A stretch of 32,583 bases of DNA from a virus (IMGVR_UViG_3300046786_000480:1-32583); one strand, 5' to 3'. Positions 18,027 through 25,704 are shown, counted from the stretch's first letter. The notes: a model not told the origin generated them from the letters alone. Made by a program: numbers and translations.

Positions 18027-18171
18027 GCTGTATCGGCATAAATAGTTCCTTTTTTTGCATCGCTGGCGAACGGAGTGCCAAGGCCAATCCATCTGCATCC
18101 ACATAGTGGAATGGGGCAAACGCCGTAGCCAGGGCATGGCGGCTCATCCTGGCCGAACAACTCCGGCTGGA

Positions 18172-18474
18172 TCAGTTCAGTATCGGGCGACATGTCACCC
18201 TCGCAAAATACCATTTACGCCCTGCAATGCGGTCGTTCAGGTGTTTGTACATGTCAGCCGTGAAGTCGGTTGGCATGGCCTTCTTAGCCTCGAACTTAAC
18301 CACGTCTTCCCGTATCAAATCACCGTCCTCGTACCGGATGACGGCTGACACCTTCCAGTTATGCGGCTTGGTGCAGTACCGGGCGCATCCGTTTTCGTGA
18401 CGTATCGGGCCTTCGATGCCGGACGGGGTGACACGGAAGGCGGCGAATGGCTGGTGTTGGAGTGGTTTTTTCAT
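18172..18474 (-). CDS. Hypothetical protein
   Basis: Start overlaps the stop of the upstream gene; same operon direction. Confidence 0.55.
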   Translation of the reverse strand: MKKPLQHQPFAAFRVTPSGIEGPIRHENGCARYCTKPHNWKVSAVIRYEDGDLIREDVVKFEAKKAMPTDFTADMYKHLNDRIAGRKWYFARVTCRPILN

Positions 18475-18902
18475 ACTAGCCTCACATCAATCCCATAGCG
18501 CAATTTCATCAAATGAATTTTGAGTCGGAATACTGGATTTTTGCGCAGGTGTGGCGATTTCGCATCTTCGACGATGTCCCGGCTGATGCCGGAATCACAG
18601 TACACAAAATCAGCCACGTATCGGATGTCCGGCTTCTTGCGCTGATTCCCGTTTTCGTCCGGCAGCGTGACTGATTCGGCCAGCACAAACGCAACTTGAC
18701 GGCGCAGGCAGGTAATCACGCCAGCCTTCTGCATCAACCCCAATTCCTGCCACCGTTTCAGTTCTCGCCCGCTATCGAACATCATGCCGTTATATTCGCG
18801 TTTAACGGCCCTGTGTTTGTTCGCCCGTACCTTCGCACTACCGTACGCACGAACGGCGCTAGAAGTGGCCTTCCCGGTCGTTGTTGGCGTGGATTTGGTC
18901 AT
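18471..18902 (-). CDS. DUF1064-like PD-(D/E)xK endonuclease
   Basis: NKHRAVK...FDSGRELKRWQEL ... LRRQVAFVL ... YVADFVY ... VEDAKS. Confidence 0.85.
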   Translation of the reverse strand: MTKSTPTTTGKATSSAVRAYGSAKVRANKHRAVKREYNGMMFDSGRELKRWQELGLMQKAGVITCLRRQVAFVLAESVTLPDENGNQRKKPDIRYVADFVYCDSGISRDIVEDAKSPHLRKNPVFRLKIHLMKLRYGIDVRLV

Positions 18903-19660
18903 GATTCACCCCCGTCATAGCATCCGCACGGCATTGGCTTCTCGAAATGATCCGCGAACATGTCCGGCGTGGCCAGCATCGAACCCCATGACCAGGAGCG
19001 ACCCAACCCCTTTACCGACGACAGGTCAGCATTTTGCTCGATAGCGATGGCGCGGGCCGCAAGATCCGGATGCAGCGCATGTAACTCCAGTATTTCACCG
19101 CGACGCATATTTGGGCAGAAAAAACAGGACGACTTCCCAGGCAGCGGCAGTCCTTCGTTTTTGATAGCTGCCACGCAATCAGCCCGACCCCATCCGTAAT
19201 CAAGCAGCGGGTAGGCAACAGTGTATTTCTGATCGTCGTAGTCGCGAACCCGGTGCGATTCATCCGCATCGTAGCCAATCAACTTTACGACCCTGCCGCC
19301 GCTTTTCCAAACATCCAAAGCCAGCGGGTGATGATTCAAAAACTTGTCAATCGGTTGGATTTTGAACTTTTGCGAACAGGACTTGAATCCGTAGGCAATG
19401 CTTGGCAGTGCACCGCGATTCAGGCAATCCTGCTCCAGCGTCTGCTCCTGGCCGTGCTTGTTGGTGTTACGGACAACCGTCAAATCCGGGAATCCGTTGC
19501 GATTGAGCCAATCGCGCTTAACCTGCATGTATTCGTATGTGTGCGGCCTTTCGCTGCCGGTATCCGCAAACACGATTACATCGGGCGTCACGCCAGCATC
19601 GCGCAACCCAATCAGCATAGCCATGCTGTTTGTTCCGCCTCCGTCCGACATAACGATCAT
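18899..19660 (-). CDS. PAPS reductase-like (PP-loop) family protein
   Basis: SDGGGTNS PP-loop variant, FADTGSE, CSQKFKIQP, KSSCFFCP, C-terminal CGCYDG. Confidence 0.8.
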   Translation of the reverse strand: MIVMSDGGGTNSMAMLIGLRDAGVTPDVIVFADTGSERPHTYEYMQVKRDWLNRNGFPDLTVVRNTNKHGQEQTLEQDCLNRGALPSIAYGFKSCSQKFKIQPIDKFLNHHPLALDVWKSGGRVVKLIGYDADESHRVRDYDDQKYTVAYPLLDYGWGRADCVAAIKNEGLPLPGKSSCFFCPNMRRGEILELHALHPDLAARAIAIEQNADLSSVKGLGRSWSWGSMLATPDMFADHFEKPMPCGCYDGGES

Positions 19661-20022
19661 GTCTGCGCCCCGATATGCTCAAGCAGCGCCTGTTCAGCCG
19701 TTTTCAGCGCAACCATCCCGGCTGTACACAGGCTGAGATAACAAAGCGACTCCCAAGTTTCCGGCGTGGCGTCCAGTATTTTCAGCAGCGCCCGGCGGCG
19801 GTACTCGTTCGGATTGACAATCCGACCTTTGCGCTTGATTTCGTCGCGGATGTACCACAGCGCCTTTTGCAGATCTTGAGCCGGTGCGCCTTTGTCGCGA
19901 TGGCGGAAAATGTACTTGAACGCATTGCCTCGATTGAACGACAGGTGGCGCGTAACCTGGATGCATTCGACGCCAGAAGCATGTCCGCAGTAGTGGGCGG
20001 GGCTGTTTACCGGGTCGGTCAT
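19657..20022 (-). CDS. DUF3310 family (nucleotide kinase-like) protein
   Basis: DPVNSPAHY ... ECI ... FNRGNAFKYIFR ... QDLQKALWYI. Confidence 0.85.
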   Translation of the reverse strand: MTDPVNSPAHYCGHASGVECIQVTRHLSFNRGNAFKYIFRHRDKGAPAQDLQKALWYIRDEIKRKGRIVNPNEYRRRALLKILDATPETWESLCYLSLCTAGMVALKTAEQALLEHIGAQT

Positions 20023-20372
20023 TGCGGAACTCCCCAATGATGTTTTTTAACCTGCCCGGTGACGTACAACTCAAGCGCATCCGCTTTGCTGATTCCGTTG
20101 CGTTGCGCGTACTGGCTAACCGAGTTGTTGCAAAGCCCGTATTTTTTGCAGTGCGCCATCAGCGATGCAGTCTCTCCACGAAATACAAACGCCTTGCTTT
20201 TCGGCTTGCTGATACCGTTGCGCTCAAACATACGGATAGCGGCCTGATGCGTCATGTTCGCCAGCAGGCCGATGGTTTCCCACTTGCCGCCGGATTGTTC
20301 AATCAGTTCGGCCAGCACTTGTGGAACAGGCTTACCCGTCCGCGCTGATTCGCGTTGTTCCCATGATCTCAT
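20019..20372 (-). CDS. Putative DNA-binding protein with two HTH-like repeats
   Basis: Repeated RNGISK segments; FRGETASLMAHCKKYGL resembles phage DNA-binding modules; GGGGA SD. Confidence 0.55.
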   Translation of the reverse strand: MRSWEQRESARTGKPVPQVLAELIEQSGGKWETIGLLANMTHQAAIRMFERNGISKPKSKAFVFRGETASLMAHCKKYGLCNNSVSQYAQRNGISKADALELYVTGQVKKHHWGVPQ

Positions 20373-20419
20373 GGTGTAATCCCCGTTGCGTGGAGCGGGC
20401 TGGCCGCTCCGTGTTGTTT

Positions 20420-20608
20420 TCAAGCCGACAGGCTTGCTTGAGTCCAGCCAGAAATCCACGCTTTCATTTCCTGCGCGCTGCGCTTGTCGCCAATCTTGCG
20501 GCCCTTGAGCATGTCCATCATGTTTCCATCAAGGCAAGGCGCGCACTTGATTCCGGAAGCGAAAGCGATTGCGCCGAAGGTCTTAGCTGCTTGAGTGTTT
20601 GCGTTCAT
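20420..20608 (-). CDS. Small protein with Rmf-like W..GW terminus
   Basis: GGAG SD, downstream of its own promoter; ends EMKAWISGWTQA. Confidence 0.65.
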   Translation of the reverse strand: MNANTQAAKTFGAIAFASGIKCAPCLDGNMMDMLKGRKIGDKRSAQEMKAWISGWTQASLSA

Positions 20609-20855
20609 GGTGTTGCTCCGGTCTGCCTGTTTGGTATGCCCCAAGTATTGCACTAGCAATATCATCCGTCAACCACTTTCCCGTAATCCGCTCGTAAATA
20701 ACCCGGCTGACGTACTCCGCGAATCCAGCCGGGTCAGTATTGGCCCGTTCACGCATACCCTGCGCCGTCTTTTCGGACAGCGCGTGGCAGTAGTGGCCCT
20801 GTTCGAGTTGGCAGAGGCGGCAGGTGACTAGGTGGTGGTGGAGGCTCAAAGCCAC
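20583..20855 (-). CDS. Hypothetical Cys/His-containing protein
   Basis: Overlaps the dnaB stop; HLVTCRLC...HYC; its 3' end overlaps a predicted promoter. Confidence 0.45.
   Translation of the reverse strand: MALSLHHHLVTCRLCQLEQGHYCHALSEKTAQGMRERANTDPAGFAEYVSRVIYERITGKWLTDDIASAILGAYQTGRPEQHHERKHSSS
20644..20672 (-). promoter_or_regulatory. Promoter TTGACG-N17-AATACT (TG extended -10) with operator ATTGC-N4-GCAAT at 20647-20660
   Basis: Same architecture as the promoters at 25643 and 28052. Confidence 0.75.
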
Positions 20856-22165
20856 GTATCCAACTCATAAAACCGAAAGGTCGGGCCGTCATATCCGACG
20901 TTTACCGATCCACAGCCGCCGTTCCTATTCTTGCTGACGATGATCTCAGCCTTCCCCATGTTTTCCTGCACGGGGTCTTTGTCGTACTTTTCCTGGCGAT
21001 GCACAAACATAATCAAATCGGCATCCTGTGCAAGTTGGCCGGTCTCGCGCAAGTCCCCGTTATTCGGCTTGCGCTGGTTCTTTTCGACATCCTTCGTTAG
21101 TTGGGACAGGACGATAAACGGCGCTTTAAAATCCATCGCCATGCGCTTCAGTTCGCGGCTGATGGTGGCCAGTTCAGAGCTACGGTTAGGGTTTGACTTG
21201 TTAGCCTCCATGAGTTGCACATAGTCAGCCATAACCATCCCGATGCCGCCATGCTCACGGGCTATGCGCTTCAGTACTGAGCGCATCTTGGCTGGGGTCA
21301 TAAGCGATGTGTCACACACCTTCAGCAGCGGATTCTGCAAACGCCCTGCAGCCGTGTAAATCTTGGTCAGCTCGTCGCCCTTTGCCGATCCACGCTTGAT
21401 GCCGGAATAATGCGTCTTGCTTTCCGTTGCCACCATGCGTCGCCCAATGTCAATGGCGGGCATCTCCAGGCTGAATATCACCAAGGGAAGTTTTGCGCTT
21501 TCCATGGCGTTCTGCATCAGGTTCACGGCAAAGGCGGTTTTTCCCATGCTTGGAGGCCCGGCGACAATGACCATGCTGCACTTTTGCAGGCCGTCCGTCA
21601 TGTCGTCCAGTGGTGGTATGCCCGTGCTTATGCCGGAGATTCCGGGGTTTTCCATGGCGCGCTCGAAGTCGGCACAAACATCACGGAACAACTGGACGCC
21701 ATCAACCAACGGAACATCATCCGACATGCTCCCGGAAATTACGGTTGACAGGATGCTTTCGGCCTCAGCAAGCAACTCGTCCAACTTGCGCCCTTGATGG
21801 TTTTCAGCAAGTTCGGATATCTGGCTTCCGGCGCTCATCAGCAGGCGGATGACAGACACCTCGCGTATCCGCTTGGCGTACTTCATGGCGGCTGCGGCTG
21901 ACGCATAGGCGGACGAGGCTATCTTGGTCAGGATTCCATTCAGTTGCTCGCGCCCTGTTTCCTTCAGGTGTTCCGCAACCGATACGGCATCAAACGGCCT
22001 GCGCATGGCGTCAAGGTCTGTAACAGCCTTCCAGATAGTCCGGTGAGACGGGTTGCAAAAGTCTGTCATGCTGACGATTCCCATCAGGTCGGACAGGCAA
22101 TCCGGGTTTTCCATGGCTGCGGATATTACGTTCTGCTCAAGTACTGTTGTGTCGAGTGATTGCAT
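20846..22165 (-). CDS. dnaB: Replicative DNA helicase DnaB-like
   Basis: AGPPSMGKT, FSLEM, DYVQLM, LSQL, DLRETGQLAQDADLIMFVHR, KNRNG. Confidence 0.95.
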   Translation of the reverse strand: MQSLDTTVLEQNVISAAMENPDCLSDLMGIVSMTDFCNPSHRTIWKAVTDLDAMRRPFDAVSVAEHLKETGREQLNGILTKIASSAYASAAAAMKYAKRIREVSVIRLLMSAGSQISELAENHQGRKLDELLAEAESILSTVISGSMSDDVPLVDGVQLFRDVCADFERAMENPGISGISTGIPPLDDMTDGLQKCSMVIVAGPPSMGKTAFAVNLMQNAMESAKLPLVIFSLEMPAIDIGRRMVATESKTHYSGIKRGSAKGDELTKIYTAAGRLQNPLLKVCDTSLMTPAKMRSVLKRIAREHGGIGMVMADYVQLMEANKSNPNRSSELATISRELKRMAMDFKAPFIVLSQLTKDVEKNQRKPNNGDLRETGQLAQDADLIMFVHRQEKYDKDPVQENMGKAEIIVSKNRNGGCGSVNVGYDGPTFRFYELDTWL

Positions 22166-22166
22166 T

Positions 22167-22988
22167 TTATTTTAACCCTGCTTGGAGTTTTGCTTTTCTT
22201 GCAAGTTCGCGGTCGGCGTCAGTTGTTGGCGGCTTTGGGTCTCGTTTGATTTGTTGCAGCGCCATCCATCCCGGCCCCTCGCTTGCCGCTGGCTGCGCTG
22301 ACGGTCTTGGCGCTTCGTTGCGCTGCGTCTTGAACCAGCGGATCAACAGGTTTTCCCATTCGCCCTGATTGTTCTCCATCCCCTTGGCTTCGTAGTAGCT
22401 CCGGAACGCCGCCAACGTCTCCGGCTTAATCAAGTCTGGGTTGACGCCTTGCGGAATCGCCCTGGCCTTCAGTTGGCCAGATGGTTGCCACTCTAACGTC
22501 ATCAGCATCTTGATTCTGTGCGGTGCTTCAACCTCGCTGCTGAACAGCTTTTCGTGGCTCGGCTGGTTCAATGCTGGTTCTTTGTGGGTTAAGTGGTGGT
22601 TAGGCGGCACCTCCTGCCGGTCTAGACCGGCACCTCCTGCCGGTACCCCGGCACCTCCTGCCGGGGGTGCGGCGTTTGGCGCAGGGGGTGCATTTGCTGC
22701 CGGGGGTGCGCCATTTGCCGGTATGGCCCTGTTTTTGAGGGTCAGTCTGTACAGATTGCTCTTGTTGAACCGGTGCTCAATAGCCACAAAACCCATGCTT
22801 TCCAGCTCGGAAATGGCGTCACGAATCGCCCGCTCGCTCAATCCTGTGCGGTCTTTCAGGTCGGCCATTGACGGCCAGCAGGTGTGATTGTCGTCAGATG
22901 CCCGGTCAGCCAGCGCAATCAGGACGTATTTTTGCGTCGGCTTCAGCCCTTTGATGCTCCAAACTTCACTCATGATTCTGATTCCCAT
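22167..22988 (-). CDS. Replication initiator (N-terminal HTH, DnaT-like C-terminal region)
   Basis: KYVLIALADRA...CWPSMADLKDRTGLSERAIR; upstream of dnaB; internal iterons; ATG 22988 with AGGA SD. Confidence 0.85.
   Translation of the reverse strand: MGIRIMSEVWSIKGLKPTQKYVLIALADRASDDNHTCWPSMADLKDRTGLSERAIRDAISELESMGFVAIEHRFNKSNLYRLTLKNRAIPANGAPPAANAPPAPNAAPPAGGAGVPAGGAGLDRQEVPPNHHLTHKEPALNQPSHEKLFSSEVEAPHRIKMLMTLEWQPSGQLKARAIPQGVNPDLIKPETLAAFRSYYEAKGMENNQGEWENLLIRWFKTQRNEAPRPSAQPAASEGPGWMALQQIKRDPKPPTTDADRELARKAKLQAGLK
22605..22722. repeat. Iteron-like repeats, probable replication origin
   Basis: CGGCACCTCCTGCCGG x3 (22605, 22628, 22649) followed by three GGGGGTGC units of opposite polarity, inside the initiator gene as in lambda O. 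Confidence 0.75.
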
Positions 22989-22989
22989 G

Positions 22990-23265
22990 TCATTTCCTGG
23001 CCTGCTTTGTGCGAACGTCAAGCAGCCATTTTGTGGCAATCGTCGAGGCTTCGCTGTTTTGGTGGCGGTCAGGATGGCAAAGCCGAATGATTCGCATCAG
23101 CATGTCATCTGGGATGGTTTCGCTGATTCGGATGTACACCGTTTCAGGCTCGGGCGGAGGCTCTGCGGCCTTCTTCATTTTGATGTAGCAAGGGACGCAG
23201 ACTGTTTTCCAACCTTCGTCGGCAACGAATCTATCCCCGCAGTGCTTGCAGTTCTTGATTGGCAT
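22990..23265 (-). CDS. Zn-finger plus J-domain-like (HPD) protein
   Basis: CKHC...CVPC at the N-terminus; IIRLCHPDRHQNSEASTIATKWL at the C-terminus. Confidence 0.7.
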   Translation of the reverse strand: MPIKNCKHCGDRFVADEGWKTVCVPCYIKMKKAAEPPPEPETVYIRISETIPDDMLMRIIRLCHPDRHQNSEASTIATKWLLDVRTKQARK

Positions 23266-23274
23266 TTTGCGCTC

Positions 23275-23430
23275 AATAAAAAACCCCTAAACCTGGACTG
23301 TGGTCGAACTCCCCGTTAGCGCCGAGTGGACAGGCGGGAAACGCTAATGGAGACACAGTTCAGGTTTAGAGGCTCTGATTGCCTGCCCAACTCTTTGCCG
23401 CTGGATTGGTTTCGACCCCGACACCAGCAC
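23275..23430 (-). promoter_or_regulatory. Structured leader/attenuator upstream of the replication genes
   Basis: 19 bp stem (23284-23302/23354-23372) followed by a U-tract on the minus strand; upstream hairpin loop GGTCGAA is complementary to TTCGACC in the long hairpin. Confidence 0.6.
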
Positions 23431-23434
23431 ACGT

Positions 23435-23463
23435 ATTTTACCGCATATTCCGCACCCTGTAAC
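23435..23463 (-). promoter_or_regulatory. Promoter GTTACA-N17-TAAAAT
   Basis: 17 bp spacer; directly upstream of the structured leader. Confidence 0.55.
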
Positions 23464-24504
23464 CTAGAAAAGTGCGTCTTGCGTGTTCGTGGCGCTCAGG
23501 CAGTGCGGCGACGCCCACACCGTTTCACTGCTGGAATTTTCCTTTGCCTCGTCTGTCATTGCGTACCCCTTCCTGGCCGTCCAGTTATGCAATTTCCAGC
23601 CTAGCTTCAGCAGATCGTCGTGCTCGCCAGCGTGACCACAAATAACGATCCTTAGCTGCTTGTTGTCGCCGTTCGCGGCACACCAATCGCGAACCTGCGC
23701 CGATATTCCCAGCCCCATTCCGCCCGCGCCGTAGTCCATCGCGCCCTTGTCGTATGGTGGGTCAAGAAATATTCCAGTCAGTCCGTGGCGAGTTGTCACG
23801 CTGTCCTTGCATACCCTTTTCCAGTCGCCGCAAGCTACGCGAACATCACGCAGGCGGGCGTACAGCAGGTTAAACCACTCCGCTATATATTCTCCCCGCC
23901 CGGCGCTCAGGTGCGGGAGTTGGCGGTTGATGCCCTGCCCGGCGCTCAGGTGCGGGAGTTTGCGGTTGATGCCCCGCCCGGCGTTACCAAGGTGCGGGAG
24001 TTTGCGGTTGATGCCCCGCCCGGCGCTCAGGTGCGGGAGTTGGCGGCTATCAACTATTTTTTCGCCATCCCACACCCACGGGCCGTTTCCGGAACACCAA
24101 CCAGAGCCAATCCAATTACACGCGCCCCAGCACCACCACCCCGCTATTTTTGCATCGTAAAAATCCGGGTCATGCAGAGCCTCGCGTAACGACTCTGTTT
24201 GACGGACAAGCCAACTGTGCCGGGCCAGCAGATCGGCTTCATTCACCGGCCAGTCAGCATGAAAGGCAACAAGTGACGGGTCTTTTGATATTGCGCGCCA
24301 GAAATTAGCCACAAACCCGTCAAAGTCGTTTATGGTTTCCACTCCGCCACCATCCGGCCTTCCCAGTATCATTGCGGCGCTTCCCGCGAATGGCTCAACA
24401 TAGTTATCCGGCTGGCCCAACAAAGACCAAACCAGCTCGCAGGCGTTTGATTTCCCCCCGAAATAGGGGAATGGCGCGGCAAGTGTTCCAGCGATTGATT
24501 TCAA
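23464..24504 (-). CDS. DNA adenine methyltransferase (Dam/D12-like) with internal peptide repeats
   Basis: APFPYFGGKS, YVEPFAGS, ETINDFDG, FLDPPY; TTG start with GAGG SD. Confidence 0.9.
   Translation of the reverse strand: MKSIAGTLAAPFPYFGGKSNACELVWSLLGQPDNYVEPFAGSAAMILGRPDGGGVETINDFDGFVANFWRAISKDPSLVAFHADWPVNEADLLARHSWLVRQTESLREALHDPDFYDAKIAGWWCWGACNWIGSGWCSGNGPWVWDGEKIVDSRQLPHLSAGRGINRKLPHLGNAGRGINRKLPHLSAGQGINRQLPHLSAGRGEYIAEWFNLLYARLRDVRVACGDWKRVCKDSVTTRHGLTGIFLDPPYDKGAMDYGAGGMGLGISAQVRDWCAANGDNKQLRIVICGHAGEHDDLLKLGWKLHNWTARKGYAMTDEAKENSSSETVWASPHCLSATNTQDALF
23894..24046 (-). repeat. In-frame tandem repeat, ~4 x 39-42 bp (R[QK]LPHLSAG[RQ]GIN)
   Basis: Visible directly in both DNA and protein. 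Confidence 0.95.
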
Positions 24505-24553
24505 TTCGTACCTCGAAAAATAGGACTACCCGCCAATTTCGGCGGACAAATGC

Positions 24554-24589
24554 AGATTACATGGGAGCGGAAATAATTGCAAGCGCAAT
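24554..24589 (-). promoter_or_regulatory. Methyltransferase promoter TTGCAA-N17-TAATCT with operator ATTGC-AAGC-GCAAT (24576-24589) over the -35
   Basis: 17 bp spacer; perfect copy of the recurring palindrome. Confidence 0.6.
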
Positions 24590-24662
24590 ATTTTTAGGGG
24601 GGGTGCGGAATGGTCGCCGGATGGTGCGGTCAGCGAACTGATCCCGTCCGGCGTGAGTTGTG

Positions 24663-24821
24663 CTAGCCAAGCAGGCGCTTTACCTGCCGATCCATTGCGT
24701 TGAGATGGATTTGGTTGCCGTGCTTGTCCTCGGCGAACACGCCATGCACCACCACCCGCGCCTTTGAGTTGGCGCGAATCAATTCTTCGCGCCATGCCTT
24801 GCTGTATGCTTTGTGTCCCAT
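24663..24821 (-). CDS. 52 aa hypothetical protein
   Basis: GAGGTG SD before ATG 24821 (MGHKAYSKAWREELIRAN...). Confidence 0.55.
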   Translation of the reverse strand: MGHKAYSKAWREELIRANSKARVVVHGVFAEDKHGNQIHLNAMDRQVKRLLG

Positions 24822-24867
24822 GATGTCACCTCGTTGTTTTATCGAAACGCGGATAAAAGTTGATAAT

Positions 24868-24934
24868 TGGATGTTGCAGCGGCGGGAATCGAACCCGCGA
24901 CCCATAGGAACTGCCGACTGTTCTACGCTGCAAC
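24868..24934 (-). ncRNA. tRNA-like element lacking the anticodon arm
   Basis: TGCAGCG TA GAAC-AGTCGGCA-GTTC CTATG GGTC GCGGG-TTCGATT-CCCGC CGCTGCA ACATCCA: intact acceptor, D and T arms, only 5 nt between the D arm and the variable loop. Confidence 0.8.
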
Positions 24935-25231
24935 GATCAAGACACTCCCCGACCACTACCGCCACCAGGCTTGTCATAGCTCTAAGTCAATGCCTTGATC
25001 GTTGGCCTGTTGACCGGACAGGCTCCGGGCTACACTGGGCGGGCCTTTGTGTAGTCTCGATGTTGCTCTGTGTTTCGACAGCGTTTCCGCTGGATGTCCC
25101 GACAGATGCAACGATCAGCGCCCTGCACCCGTTCGGGCCGTCTTGTGACGCCATCAGACACAATGCTGATTCCGGGTTTTCACCGGCAAGGCGCTGATCG
25201 TTGGGCTGGTTACGCCAGCAACTCGCATCTG
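24931..25231 (-). ncRNA. Multi-hairpin structured RNA region downstream of cro
   Basis: Two long stems that both begin CAACGATCA (25203-25186/25126-25109; 25004-24989/24946-24931), whose only non-Watson-Crick pairs are G-U on the minus strand; several small hairpins including CAGCG-GAAA-CGCTG and GCTGG-CGTAA-CCAGC. Confidence 0.7.
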
Positions 25232-25338
25232 ATCGACCCGGCGATGAACCGGAGAGTTTTCCCATTTCACCACGTGTCTACTGCATTTTATCCCCTATCC
25301 TGACGCCCGCCGATTGCCGTCAGCTAAAACGCAGACCC

Positions 25339-25569
25339 TCATCCCTGAGCCGATGCAGTGCCGGTTCCTTGAAACGCTTTACGCCGCCGGAAGATGCGCT
25401 TGTATTCTTTTTCAATCGCATCACCCAGCTCTTTCGACATCTTTACGCCGCGAGTTCCGCCAGCCAATGCGCTAACATGGCCCTGAGTGCAGCCAATTTT
25501 TTCACCCAACTCTGTCTGAGTCATCCCGGATTCATCCAGGATTGCGTTGATAATTTGCTTGTAGTCCAT
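25339..25569 (-). CDS. Cro-like XRE HTH regulator
   Basis: GMTQTELGEKIGCTQGHVSALAGG; first gene from the divergent promoter region. Confidence 0.85.
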   Translation of the reverse strand: MDYKQIINAILDESGMTQTELGEKIGCTQGHVSALAGGTRGVKMSKELGDAIEKEYKRIFRRRKAFQGTGTASAQG

Positions 25570-25592
25570 CGTATCGCCCTCTGTCTGCCGCT

Positions 25593-25621
25593 ACTATATA
25601 GCGCCCGCAATAGTCGCGCAA
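25593..25621 (-). promoter_or_regulatory. Leftward promoter TTGCGC-N17-TATAGT with imperfect operator at 25598-25611
   Basis: 17 bp spacer; ATTGC-GGGC-GCTAT on the minus strand. Confidence 0.65.
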
Positions 25622-25642
25622 GATTATTTTTAGCGTATGGGG

Positions 25643-25671
25643 TTGACGGCATTTATTGCGGGTGCAATACT
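25643..25671 (+). promoter_or_regulatory. Rightward promoter TTGACG-N17-AATACT with operator ATTGC-GGGT-GCAAT (25655-25668)
   Basis: The 17-mer ATTGCGGGTGCAATACT is identical to 28064-28080. Confidence 0.8.
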
Positions 25672-25704
25672 CAATCCATCGAAACGAACCAAGGAAAACG
25701 ACAA

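Noticed and set aside
17957-18214. 85 aa ORF
   Set aside because: Its 3' half runs across the predicted promoter and shows no recognisable domain; it may be a gene remnant but cannot be supported.
23894-24046. Possible CRISPR array
   Set aside because: The units are head-to-tail with no unique spacers and are in frame within the methyltransferase.
24868-24934. Functional tRNA gene or attachment site
   Set aside because: No anticodon arm, CCA is offset, and no duplicate att core or integrase is seen in the window.
25200-25206. GTTGGGC as a further attC end for a third cassette
   Set aside because: It is 6 kb from the array, has no L boxes or attC geometry, and is part of the RNA stem region.
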